DNA of 64,000 nucleotides from an uncultured Oscillospiraceae bacterium. GTDB lineage: Bacteria > Bacillota > Clostridia > Christensenellales > CAG-138. The stretch covers positions 25,381-89,380 of the forward strand of contig CAZBBX010000003.1 of assembly GCA_964490325.1 (NCBI GenBank). The letters are read 5' to 3'. Shown here one piece after another: positions 54,360-63,662 of this stretch (within the stretch, counting starts at the first letter, position 1; the number at the start of each line of letters is the position of its first letter). A program made the translations under genes and the position numbers. Below the pieces are notes generated by a model. It had not been told where the DNA came from. It saw only the letters and a program-made list of their open reading frames with translations, and ran no database searches.

Positions 54360-55154
54360 ATGAAGCTCATCGATTTTTTGGACATGATGGAACGGCACGC
54401 GCCGCGTTCCTATGCGTATGAGGGTGACAACGTGGGTCTGCTCGTGGGTACGGACAGAACGGAGATCCGCCGCGTCTTGGTGGCGTTGGACTGCACGGAG
54501 CGCGTAGCAAAGGAGGCGGCGGAGCTGGACGTGGATCTTGTGCTGACGCATCATCCGCTGTTCTATCATCCCGTGCAGGGCTTTCGACCCGATCTGATCG
54601 CCACAAGAGCCGCCTACATTCTGGCGCGTCACGGCATCGGCATGTTCGCGGCACACACAAATCTGGACGCAGCTCCCGGCGGTGTAAACGACTGTCTTGC
54701 AAAGCTCTTGGATCTGACAGACGTCACGCCGCTGGAGCCGGAGCGCTTGGGCAGGGTGGGAAGGCTAACAGAGCCTCTCCGCTTGGACGCCTTTTTGACG
54801 CTTTGCGAAAAGCGGCTGCATACCCATGCGCGCTATGGCGGCGACTTGGATAAAATGATCTGCAAGGTCGCGGTCATGGGCGGCAGCGGCGGCGGCGACG
54901 TCTACGAAGCGTTTGCGGCGGGTGCGGACGTGTTCGTAACGGGAGAGGTCAAGCACAGCCAAGCCATCGATGCGGCGCATCTCGGCCTTGCCTTGGCGGT
55001 CTTGGGACACTACGAAACAGAAAAGATCGTTCTCGAACCGTTAATTCAAGGTTTACAGAGCGAGAAGAATGATGTACAATATTATATAACGCGCACAGAA
55101 GTTGCGCCGCTTGCCTGTTATGAAGGAGGGACGAAAAGGAATGACGAAACTTGA
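54360..55154 (+). CDS. Nif3-like dinuclear metal centre protein
   Basis: It carries YEGDNVGLLVG, LVLTHHPLFY, FAAHTNLD and GHYETE. Confidence 0.85.
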   Translation: MKLIDFLDMMERHAPRSYAYEGDNVGLLVGTDRTEIRRVLVALDCTERVAKEAAELDVDLVLTHHPLFYHPVQGFRPDLIATRAAYILARHGIGMFAAHTNLDAAPGGVNDCLAKLLDLTDVTPLEPERLGRVGRLTEPLRLDAFLTLCEKRLHTHARYGGDLDKMICKVAVMGGSGGGDVYEAFAAGADVFVTGEVKHSQAIDAAHLGLALAVLGHYETEKIVLEPLIQGLQSEKNDVQYYITRTEVAPLACYEGGTKRNDET

Positions 55155-55863
55155 TGTATTGCTGGCCTACCAGCAGGCAGACGAAAAGAAGCAGCAGTTG
55201 GAGCTTGCGATCCGTTCCACGGAAAATCGTCAAAAGCTGAACAAACTGTATAAGCAGCTCAAGGAGCAGCAGCTCGTTATCAAGAAGCTGACGGACGAAA
55301 TGGAGGCCTTCTCCAACACGATGGCGCGCCTCAAGGCGCATCAGGAGCAGCTGGAAAGGCGCTTGGATCTGGAAAGCTCGGAGCTGGACACTCTCAATTC
55401 GGATGAGGAATGCACCGCCGAGGAGATGACCGAGTTCCGTACCGACATCGAAAAGCTCATGAAGGAGATGCACACGGTCGAGCGCGAGATGAAGCAGCTT
55501 TCCGCAAGCGTGGAACATGCAATCGGCGAGTATCAAAAGACGCGTGTGCTTGCGGGTAAGAACAAGAAGGAATACGATCAGCTGCGCGTCGTCTGCGACA
55601 AGGAAAAAGAGGACGCCACGGCGGAGCTGAACGCCTGTGACACGGAGATGGAGCGCATTGCCGAGCGTACCGACCCCGAAATGCTTGCCAAGTACAACAA
55701 GGCGCGACAGCATCACAATCTGCCCGTCGTACCCGTCATTGGCGCCAAGTGCAGTGGCTGCCGCATGTCGCTGCCCATGATGACGCTGAAGAAAATATCC
55801 ATAGAGGACTCCATCGTGGAGTGCGAAAACTGCGGCCGACTGCTCTACGCAGAAAAGAATTAG
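55141..55863 (+). CDS. coiled-coil / C4 zinc-ribbon protein (DUF164-type)
   Basis: ATG at 55141. It is a long coiled coil ending CSGCRMSL...CENCGRLLY, and sits in the usual position downstream of nif3. Confidence 0.75.
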   Translation: MTKLDVLLAYQQADEKKQQLELAIRSTENRQKLNKLYKQLKEQQLVIKKLTDEMEAFSNTMARLKAHQEQLERRLDLESSELDTLNSDEECTAEEMTEFRTDIEKLMKEMHTVEREMKQLSASVEHAIGEYQKTRVLAGKNKKEYDQLRVVCDKEKEDATAELNACDTEMERIAERTDPEMLAKYNKARQHHNLPVVPVIGAKCSGCRMSLPMMTLKKISIEDSIVECENCGRLLYAEKN

Positions 55864-55891
55864 CGCATACGATTTTTGACAACTGAATATT

Positions 55892-56238
55892 CGCTGCGAG
55901 TAAGACAGACGATCGCGCCCCCTCGGGGGTGAGGAAAGTCCGAGCACCACAAGGCAAGAGTGCCGGGTAACACCCGGTGGAGGCGACTCCAAGGAAAGTG
56001 CAACAGAAATAAACCGCCTGTTCTTTAGAACGGGTAAGGATGGAAAGGCGAGGTAAGAGCTCACCGACGACATGGCGACTTGTCGTACCTGTAAACCCCA
56101 CTCGGTGCAAGATTGAATTGGGAGCATTCAATGGCCGCCTGCCAAGCTCCTTGTAATCGCTGGAGCCCTGCGGCAACGCAGGGCCTTAGATAGATGATCG
56201 TCCTTAGACAGAACTCGGCTTACGGCTTGCTCGCAGCG
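55892..56238 (+). ncRNA. rnpB: RNase P RNA, bacterial type A
   Basis: The P1 helix pairs CGCTGCGAG (55892-55900) with CTCGCAGCG (56230-56238). The universally conserved GAGGAAAGTCCGAGC is at 55931-55945, with ...GTGCCGGGTAACACCCGG...AAAGTGCAACAGAAA...ACAGAACTCGGCTTAC following. A T7 run follows. Confidence 0.9.
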
Positions 56239-56259
56239 TTTTTTTATTGGGAGGGAATA

Positions 56260-57264
56260 ATGGAGGAAGCAAAAAAGGTCATTTTATCGGGCATACAGCC
56301 TTCCGGCAACGTGACGCTGGGCAATTACTTGGGCGCGCTCAAAAACTGGGCGCTGCTGCAGGACGACTATACCGCGCTGTACATGATCGCCAATATGCAC
56401 GCCATCACCGTGCGCCAAGACGCCGCAGAGCTGCGGCGCAGAAGCATTGAGATGCTTGCCATTTTGCTTTCCTGCGGCATCGATGCAAAGCGCTCGGTGC
56501 TTTTTGTGCAATCGCAGGTCCCCGAGCATACCATGCTGACTTGGGCGCTGAGCTGCAACACCTACATGGGAGAGCTCATGCGCATGACGCAGTTCAAGGA
56601 CAAGAGCGCAAGCCACGCGGACAATGTCAACGCGGGGCTGTTCACCTATCCCGTTTTGATGGCGGCGGACATCCTGCTGTATCAGGCCGACCTTGTACCC
56701 GTAGGAGCGGATCAAAAGCAGCATGTCGAACTGACGCGGGTGCTTGCAACGCGCTTCAACAACGCTTACGGCGAGACCTTCGTGGTGCCAGAACCGTACA
56801 TCCCCAAGCTTGGCGCAAGGGTGATGAGCCTGCAGGAACCTACAAAAAAGATGAGCAAGTCCGATTCCAACCCAAACGCGTACATTTTGGTCTTGGACGA
56901 GCCGGACGTCATCGTTCGCAAGTTCCGCCGTGCCGTTACGGACTGCGAGGCGCAGATCGCCTTTGATCCGCAGTCGCGTGCGGGCGTGAGCAACCTCTTG
57001 TCCATCTACTCGGTCTGTGCCGATTGCAGCATGGAAAAGACCCTTGCGCACTTTGAGGGGCAGAATTACGGAACGCTCAAGCAGGAGACGGCGGACGCCG
57101 TTATCGCCCTGCTGGAGCCGCTGCAGAGCGCCTACAAACGCTACATGGGGGACAAGACCTTCCTTGGCGATACCATGAAGGAGGGCGCGGATAAGGCGCG
57201 GGGGATCGCCGTGCGCACCGTGCGGAAGGTGTACCATAAGCTGGGCTTTGACTGCGTGAAGTAG
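56260..57264 (+). CDS. trpS: tryptophan--tRNA ligase
   Basis: The ATG at 56260 follows GGGAGGG. It carries ILSGIQPSGNVTLGNYLGA and KMSKS. Confidence 0.95.
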   Translation: MEEAKKVILSGIQPSGNVTLGNYLGALKNWALLQDDYTALYMIANMHAITVRQDAAELRRRSIEMLAILLSCGIDAKRSVLFVQSQVPEHTMLTWALSCNTYMGELMRMTQFKDKSASHADNVNAGLFTYPVLMAADILLYQADLVPVGADQKQHVELTRVLATRFNNAYGETFVVPEPYIPKLGARVMSLQEPTKKMSKSDSNPNAYILVLDEPDVIVRKFRRAVTDCEAQIAFDPQSRAGVSNLLSIYSVCADCSMEKTLAHFEGQNYGTLKQETADAVIALLEPLQSAYKRYMGDKTFLGDTMKEGADKARGIAVRTVRKVYHKLGFDCVK

Positions 57265-57273
57265 GAGGTGGAC

Positions 57274-58307
57274 ATGGAACAGAGCAGACGGACGGCCTAC
57301 GACATTTTGCGAGTTATCGCCTTTGTGGGAACGCTGTTTTGCCTGGCGGTGCTGCGTGTCGCCTTTACGGTGCGCGGCGGCCTGAACATCAATGTCCTGC
57401 AGGGGTATTTGTCCCTGTTTAGTCCCTGCCTTGGTATCTTATCCTGCTTATGGGCGCATTCGGACTGGATCCCGACCGCGCGTTTTGCATCAAGAGCTAC
57501 TTTTTCAAAACGATCCTGCGCATGGGGCTGGTCATCATCTGCTGGGGTGTGCTGTATGCGGCGCTGTCCTTTCTGACGCTTGGCTCCGCGTTCACACTTA
57601 AGGATTTCATTAAGCGCGCATTCATAGAGCGCGACATCATCTACTGGCTGTTCATTCCGTTTGGGCTTGCTCTGCTTACGCCCATCCTGCGTCCCATCGC
57701 CAAGGATCGTGTTCTGAGCCTCTACTTTTTGGCTGGAGCCTTTCTGTTTGCGGCGCTGCTGCCTACGCTGCAGCTGATCAAGCCCTTGGACAAGTCCGCT
57801 TACATCACCGATCTGATCGACTGCAAGGCGTTCTTGGGATATGCGGGGCTGTATGTGGCGGGCAGTTACTTGAAACGAGAGTCCCTGCCTAAGGCGCTGC
57901 GCATCTCCCTGTATGCGCTGGGTGTGATCGGCGTCTTTGTGACGTTCATGCTGTTTACGGGACGCTGGACGAACACCATCCTCTTCACCTACAACCGTCT
58001 AAACGGCAATTACCTGTTCCTGCTGCTGCCAACACTTGCCCTCTTTGTCACATTTACCGAGTGGGACAGAAGAGCAAGCTTTCCAAAGAGGACAGCTGCC
58101 ATCTTCGAGGAACTTTCGCGCTGTACGCTTGGCGCGTACCTTCTGTCGCTGCCGTCGCTCAAGTTGCTTTCCTGCATCGGTCTGACGGCAAAGAGCTTCA
58201 CGCCCCTTGCGGCGACCCCGCTGACGGTGCTTTGCGCAGCGATCCTGTGCTACGGGATCGCGTACCTGCTGCGCCGCATTCCCATCTTCAACCGATACCT
58301 GCTGTAG
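57274..58307 (+). pseudogene. acyltransferase-3 (OafA-like) family membrane protein, apparently disrupted by a 1-nt frameshift near 57420-57425
   Basis: Frame 1 (from ATG 57274) reads MEQSRRTAYDILRVIAFVG...GYLSLF. Frame 0 opens after the TAG at 57420 as SLPWYLILLMGAFGLDPDRAFCIKSYFFKTILRMGLVIICWGVLYA and runs to 58307. Together they reproduce the family's N-terminal order, and the shift lies at a TTT/CCC run. Confidence 0.5.
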
Positions 58308-58348
58308 ATCCGTCCATCAAAAGCGATTCTTGAAGGGAGTATTTGGAG

Positions 58349-60772
58349 ATGAAGAAAGTATTTTGCATGCTGCTTGCTTTGCTGCTGCTTTGTACGATGG
58401 CAGCAACAAGCCAAGCCGAAACAACTCTCTCGTCCGAGCAGAAAAAGCTGCAAACCTTTTTGGAGCTGACCGACACGGAGGGCGTAAAGAACGGCGTTAA
58501 GCTGAATCCAAACTACGCTCCGAACGACCCTGCAACTTGGAGCGGTATAGAGTTCAGCAACGGCAAGCTGGTCTATCTGAACCTGAACAAAGCGGCTTGC
58601 GTGGGTGCGTTGGATCTGTCCCTCTGTAAGCAGCTCACCAATGTGAATACGCGCAACAGCTCGATCACTTCTCTTAATTTGTCCTACTGCTCGGCTTTGA
58701 CCGACCTCCGCTGTTCGGAGTGCGGCGACCTTAACTCCCTTATCGTCAGATCCTGCACTGCATTGGAGACGATCTACGCGGAGAACTGCAATTTGACTTC
58801 TATAGACCTTGGCAGCTGCAAGTCTTTGACCTGTCTGCATTTGGATAACAGTCACCTGACGGAACTGGATCTCAATAACTGCACAAAACTGAAGGAGCTG
58901 CAGATCAACAATAATCAGATCTCCAGACTGGACCTTAGCAAGAACACCGCTATCTACATTCTCCACATGAGCAACAACCCCTTGGTCTATCTGCGCGTGA
59001 ACCCGCAGGGCAACTACGGAACAGGCGCCGTGTTTGTAAGCACAGAGGGGCTTGGGTATGTCAATACACGGATCGGCTTTGAGGGCTTTAACGATCGTTT
59101 CTATTATTTGAAATTTGGCAACGGAGAGGCGCTGCCGGGCTATGAGTATGCGGGCTGGTATTGCAAGAACACCAAAGAATACTTAGAGCCGAACGCTTCT
59201 ACGCCCTTGCCTTACTACAAGGCGTATACCTACGAAATAAAATACACTATGATCGAAGGCTACGATACGCAGCTGAACAAGATCGGTTCCTTCCTTGCGC
59301 TGCGCGATGCAAACGGCGTTCAAAACGGCTCCAAGCTGGACGCGGGGTATGTTGAGACGGATTGGCACAGCTGGCCGGGGATCTATTGGAGCAAGTATGG
59401 CTTTGCGATCGCCATCGATTTTTCACAGACCGCTGACACATCCGCCGAGGATCGCCTGATCGGCACCCTGGACTTGACGGATTCGAAGGTGGAGAACGTG
59501 AATATCGGCTTTACCAACATCGACAAGCTCATCGTGTCCGACGTAACGCGAGAGCTTGGCATGGCGGGTACGGACGCCGATCTGGAAGGCAATATCGCGC
59601 TCTCTACATTTGACTGCTCCTACTCGATGCACGCGTATCGCATCATTTGCGACCTTCGCCTGCACACCAGCCTGACTGCAGTTGGCCTGGGCATCAGCAG
59701 CTTGGAATACAATTGCTATTCAGGTCTGGATCTGCGGGACAATTGCTTTACGACCTTTACCACTACAGTGGGCAACAATCCCTACGATTTTCGCGGCAAT
59801 CCCTTGACATACCTGAGGGATACCTACAACAGCATTACGTTCACCGCTGACAGCGGCAGCTTTGGAGCGCACTTCGGGTACATATCGGAAGAATACAAGA
59901 GCAACATTGAATTAACGCGTCATGACGACGGCATTGGCGCCTTCCTTGGCTGGTATGCGGACGGCGTCTGCATCGGCACGGAGGATACCGTCATCATCAG
60001 CCCAATTGCGCACTATCAGCTGGTCACGGCTAAGTACTATTTGTTCTCCGAGGACGAACTGGCCGTGCGCGATTTCCTTTCGCAGTATGGACAACGTCTC
60101 TATGGCAGCGCCGCATGGAGCCTCGACGATCCGACAAGCTGGAAGGGCTTCACGTTCGATGCGGAGCAGTACCTGACGGCTGTCGACTTTACGGGACTTA
60201 CGCCGACCGTGGGAGCGACCCTCAGCCTGAGCGGAGTGCGCTTGACTTCTCTTAAGGCAAACGGCATGAAGCTGTCCAATCTGACGGTGCAAAGCTGCAG
60301 CGTCTTGACCGCGTTGGATCTTACGGGAAACTACCTCAACGTGCTTTCCATGGATCTGACGGCCGCGGGTTATGGCGTCATAGAGCTGAAGGCCGATCCC
60401 TGCGGACGGGTCGGGCTTCTCTTGAATGCGGACGGCTTGACCGCACTGGCAGAGGAGCGCGTCAACACGCAGTTCGTGGCTTTTGAGGGCGATCTTACGG
60501 CGGATACGGCACAGCTGAGCCTTAATAAGGGCAGCAATGCTACATTGACGGCGAAGTATACGCTTGCCTATGTGTTGGGTGATGCAGATTCCAATACGCG
60601 GGTCAACGCTGCCGATGCGGCGTGCATCCTGCGCTATACCGTCAAGCTGCAGGATCTTAGTGCAATGCAGCTTTTGGCGGCGGATGTAACAAACGACGGC
60701 AAGGTGGGCGCGGACGACGCAGCAAAGCTTTTGCGCTATACGGTCAGTCTGATACCCCTGCTGGACGAGTGA
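58349..60772 (+). CDS. secreted leucine-rich-repeat protein with C-terminal dockerin
   Basis: The signal peptide is MKKVFCMLLALLLLCTMAATSQA. The LRR block reads LNLSYCSALTDLRCSECGDLNSLIVRSCTALETIYAENCNLTSIDLGSCKSLTCLHLDNSHLTELDLNNCTKLKELQINNNQISRLDLS. The C-terminal dockerin is GDADSNTRVNAADAACILRY...DVTNDGKVGADDAAKLLRY. Confidence 0.8.
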   Translation: MKKVFCMLLALLLLCTMAATSQAETTLSSEQKKLQTFLELTDTEGVKNGVKLNPNYAPNDPATWSGIEFSNGKLVYLNLNKAACVGALDLSLCKQLTNVNTRNSSITSLNLSYCSALTDLRCSECGDLNSLIVRSCTALETIYAENCNLTSIDLGSCKSLTCLHLDNSHLTELDLNNCTKLKELQINNNQISRLDLSKNTAIYILHMSNNPLVYLRVNPQGNYGTGAVFVSTEGLGYVNTRIGFEGFNDRFYYLKFGNGEALPGYEYAGWYCKNTKEYLEPNASTPLPYYKAYTYEIKYTMIEGYDTQLNKIGSFLALRDANGVQNGSKLDAGYVETDWHSWPGIYWSKYGFAIAIDFSQTADTSAEDRLIGTLDLTDSKVENVNIGFTNIDKLIVSDVTRELGMAGTDADLEGNIALSTFDCSYSMHAYRIICDLRLHTSLTAVGLGISSLEYNCYSGLDLRDNCFTTFTTTVGNNPYDFRGNPLTYLRDTYNSITFTADSGSFGAHFGYISEEYKSNIELTRHDDGIGAFLGWYADGVCIGTEDTVIISPIAHYQLVTAKYYLFSEDELAVRDFLSQYGQRLYGSAAWSLDDPTSWKGFTFDAEQYLTAVDFTGLTPTVGATLSLSGVRLTSLKANGMKLSNLTVQSCSVLTALDLTGNYLNVLSMDLTAAGYGVIELKADPCGRVGLLLNADGLTALAEERVNTQFVAFEGDLTADTAQLSLNKGSNATLTAKYTLAYVLGDADSNTRVNAADAACILRYTVKLQDLSAMQLLAADVTNDGKVGADDAAKLLRYTVSLIPLLDE

Positions 60773-60818
60773 ACTAAGCTTCGCCGCTGCAGCGGACAAA
60801 GTAATTTCTTGGATCAAA

Positions 60819-60856
60819 AAGGGTCGATCGTCTCGGATCGACCCTTGCGTTTTTTA
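60819..60856. terminator. bidirectional terminator between the LRR-dockerin gene and selD
   Basis: AAGGGTCGATC / GATCGACCCTT form a perfect 11-bp stem with a 6-nt loop. It is flanked by AAAAA upstream and TTTTTT downstream. Confidence 0.75.
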
Positions 60857-60876
60857 TTAATAAGCTCAAATAGATG

Positions 60877-61908
60877 CTACCGCAGCAGGATCGCCTTATC
60901 CGTGCGCGCCTGCATGACACCTATGCGCTGCGCAGCGGGGACGGCGTCCTTCAGGCCATCGTACAGCGCGTCCGCATCGAGCGGATCCACCGCGATCAAA
61001 AGCCCGCCCGAGGTCTGCGGGTCAAACAGCAGATCGCAAACGGCCTCGTCCACCGTCCCAAGATCCACGGATGCCTCGGCAAAATGCCGATTTCGATACA
61101 TGCCCGCTGGCAGGATGCCCATGCGTGCAAAGTCCAAGGCGGCGGGGATGAAGCGGATGCTGTCTGTATCGATGCGGGCAGTCAGCTCGGAGCCGTTTGC
61201 CATCTCCGTCAGATGTCCAAGGAAGCCAAAGCCCGTCACATCCGTGCAGGCGTGTACGCGATACTGCACCATCACGTCGCGTGCAGCCTTGTTGAGCGTG
61301 GTCATCAAGCTAAGCATCAGCGCCGTGTCCGCCTCGTCAAGCAGCTCTGCCTTGGCTGCCGTGGACAACACGCCTATGCCCAAGGGTTTGGTCAAAAACA
61401 GGACGTCGCCTTCCTTTGCGCCGCTGTTCGTGAGCACATGGTCGGGATGCACAAAGCCCGTTACAGACAGGCCGTACTTCGGTTCGCGGTCATAGATGCT
61501 GTGCCCGCCCGTGATGAGCGCGCCCGCCTCGTATACCTTGTCATAACCGCCGCGCAGGATGCGATGCACGATCCCCTTGTCCATGGTCTCGGGCACGCAC
61601 ATGATGTTCAGCGCCAGTTTAGGCTCGCCGCCCATGGCGTATATGTCGGACAGCGCGTTCGTGGCCGCGATCTGACCGAACAGGTAGGGATCGTCCGCGA
61701 TCGGCGGAAAGAAGTCCAGCGTCTGTACCAGTGCCAGCTCGTCGCTGATGCGGTATACGGAGGCGTCGTCGCTCTTGTCAAACCCCACCAAGAGGTTTTC
61801 ATCCCTGCGGACGGCAATGCCCTCCAGCAGCTTTGCCAGTTCGCCTGCGCCGACCTTTGCACCGCAGCCTGCGCACTCGGCAAGCTTTGTCAATTTGATG
61901 TCTTCCAT
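60877..61908 (-). CDS. selD: selenide, water dikinase (selenophosphate synthetase), Cys form
   Basis: The N-terminus is LTKLAECAGCGAKVG (Cys/Lys active-site loop). It has AIR-synthase-like domains and a GAGGAG RBS. Confidence 0.9.
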   Translation of the reverse strand: MEDIKLTKLAECAGCGAKVGAGELAKLLEGIAVRRDENLLVGFDKSDDASVYRISDELALVQTLDFFPPIADDPYLFGQIAATNALSDIYAMGGEPKLALNIMCVPETMDKGIVHRILRGGYDKVYEAGALITGGHSIYDREPKYGLSVTGFVHPDHVLTNSGAKEGDVLFLTKPLGIGVLSTAAKAELLDEADTALMLSLMTTLNKAARDVMVQYRVHACTDVTGFGFLGHLTEMANGSELTARIDTDSIRFIPAALDFARMGILPAGMYRNRHFAEASVDLGTVDEAVCDLLFDPQTSGGLLIAVDPLDADALYDGLKDAVPAAQRIGVMQARTDKAILLR

Positions 61909-61911
61909 GCT

Positions 61912-62877
61912 TTACTCCTCACAGTATTGAAACAGTACCTCAACAAAGTCCTCGCTGCCGCTGCGGATCGGAAAACGCAGCAGCGCGGAACGTTTATCCA
62001 ACAGAAGCTGCCGCGCCTCGATCAATGCCAGATGCTCCGCATGACCACCGCCGATGCTTGCGATCGATATCCCGTTTGACAGAAGCAGCATGCGCGCACC
62101 CGCCCTGCGTGGCGCAGTACCGACCACGCGAGTGAGCGTCAGCAGCATGGCGGGAGCGCTTAGAACACAAAGCGCATTCACAAGCTCCACATCCCAAATG
62201 GACTCATCGCCTGAACGATTCTTGGTCTCGATCAGCTCGGCGGTAATGCAAAGCCCCAGCTCGCTTGGCGTGCGAGCCCCCACCTTGATCCCAACGGGAG
62301 CGTGCACCTCTGCGAGAGCCTTCTTGGAAACGCCCTGTTCGGCAAGCGTTTCAAAGATGGAGCGGATCTTGCGCCTGCTGCCCAACAGCCCTATGTAGCT
62401 GTGCCTGCGAAGAAGGACTTCGTTCAAACAGTACAGTTCCTGTTCGGGATCGGAGGCCAGCAGCACATAGTAGGGCGCTGCGGCGGTGATGCTTTTCAGC
62501 CCTTCACAAAAGGTTACGGGCAGGAGCCTTGCGTTTGGGAAGCGTTCGGGGGTGCATAGTTCTTGGCGCTCGTCTATGACGGTCACGGAAAAGCCGATTG
62601 CGGATGCAAAGTAGGCGGTTGCCTTGGCGACATGTCCCGCACCGCATAAAACGAGCGTGGGCTTTGGCAGCGCCTGCTCGACAAAGAGCGCGTTTGGAGC
62701 TTCCGTGCAGTAGGGCAGGGGAGCGTCCGAAAGGGAAGAGGAGCTTATAAGCTCCGTTGGATCAACGCGTTCTCCCGCGGCGATGTACGCCGACTTGCCG
62801 CAGTTTGCGCCGTCAAGACAGCTTACGAGCGTGAGGGCTTCGCCCCTCACTAAGCGCTGCGCAATCTCCTTCAGCAT
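61912..62877 (-). CDS. XdhC/CoxI-family molybdenum hydroxylase maturation protein
   Basis: The XdhC N-domain reads MLKEIAQRLVRGEALTLVS. The Rossmann part is TLVLCGAGHVAKATAYFASAIGFSVTVID. The start overlaps the yqeB stop. Confidence 0.75.
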   Translation of the reverse strand: MLKEIAQRLVRGEALTLVSCLDGANCGKSAYIAAGERVDPTELISSSSLSDAPLPYCTEAPNALFVEQALPKPTLVLCGAGHVAKATAYFASAIGFSVTVIDERQELCTPERFPNARLLPVTFCEGLKSITAAAPYYVLLASDPEQELYCLNEVLLRRHSYIGLLGSRRKIRSIFETLAEQGVSKKALAEVHAPVGIKVGARTPSELGLCITAELIETKNRSGDESIWDVELVNALCVLSAPAMLLTLTRVVGTAPRRAGARMLLLSNGISIASIGGGHAEHLALIEARQLLLDKRSALLRFPIRSGSEDFVEVLFQYCEE

Positions 62878-63662
62878 GACGCGGCGGAGAAGCGCAGCAG
62901 CGCCTCCAATACGCCGCCTGCTACGGCGCGAGCCTTGTCCGAAACGGTGTAGCAGTGCATGACCTCACAGCGGGGATCCACATCGCCGCTCTTCATGCCC
63001 GTCTGCACAGGCGTGCCCTCGGGAAGAAGGCCGCGCAGGACGCCGCTGATCTGCGAAACAACGGGAAGTTCCTCGACCATGGCGACGGGCTCGCCCTTCT
63101 CCACAAGGTCGCCGATGTGATGCAGCTCATGAAAGGTACCCGCGCAGGGCGCTCGCAAAACGCGTTCGACCGAGAAGCCGCTGATAACCCCGGGAATACC
63201 CGTGTTGGGCGCGGCACTGCCCGAAAGGATCACGCGGCCAAGATCATGACCGCGCTGCGTCTCCACAACGGCGTGACAATCCACCCCCGCCGTGAAGCCG
63301 GGGCCAACGCCAATGACAATGGGCGCTTGCTCCATACGCGTGTTGAGGTTGCGCTTGGCAAGGATGGCGTCCACAACGGCGTCGGGATGCAAAACCTCAA
63401 TACAGGCGGCTTTTTCGTCCGCAAGGACGGCGATCTCGTTTGCGTCAAGGATGGCGGTGACTTCGTTGGGCGAGGCGGCAAAGCGCGCAGTAACGCCCTC
63501 GATGGCCTGCGTGCCATAGCGGATGCTTTCCGAAAAGCAAACGCTGCGCCTTATGGACGTAGGCTCCGGCAGATCCGTCATAACAAGTCGGAAGCCGCTG
63601 TTGTGCAAACGAACGGCAATGCCGCTTGCCAGATCCCCCGCGCCCTTTATGAGTACAAACAT
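62871..63662 (-). CDS. yqeB: selenium-dependent molybdenum hydroxylase accessory protein YqeB (EF2563 family)
   Basis: The ATG at 63662 follows GGAGGAA. The sequence MFVLIKGAGDLASGIAVRLHNSGFRLVMTDLPEPTSIRR matches the family N-terminus. Confidence 0.75.
   Translation of the reverse strand: MFVLIKGAGDLASGIAVRLHNSGFRLVMTDLPEPTSIRRSVCFSESIRYGTQAIEGVTARFAASPNEVTAILDANEIAVLADEKAACIEVLHPDAVVDAILAKRNLNTRMEQAPIVIGVGPGFTAGVDCHAVVETQRGHDLGRVILSGSAAPNTGIPGVISGFSVERVLRAPCAGTFHELHHIGDLVEKGEPVAMVEELPVVSQISGVLRGLLPEGTPVQTGMKSGDVDPRCEVMHCYTVSDKARAVAGGVLEALLRFSAASC

Noticed and set aside
54949-56176. 392-aa and 146-aa minus-strand ORFs
   Set aside because: They run antisense through the Zn-ribbon gene and straight across the RNase P RNA (55892-56238). 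That RNA's conserved P1/P4 elements explain this stretch.
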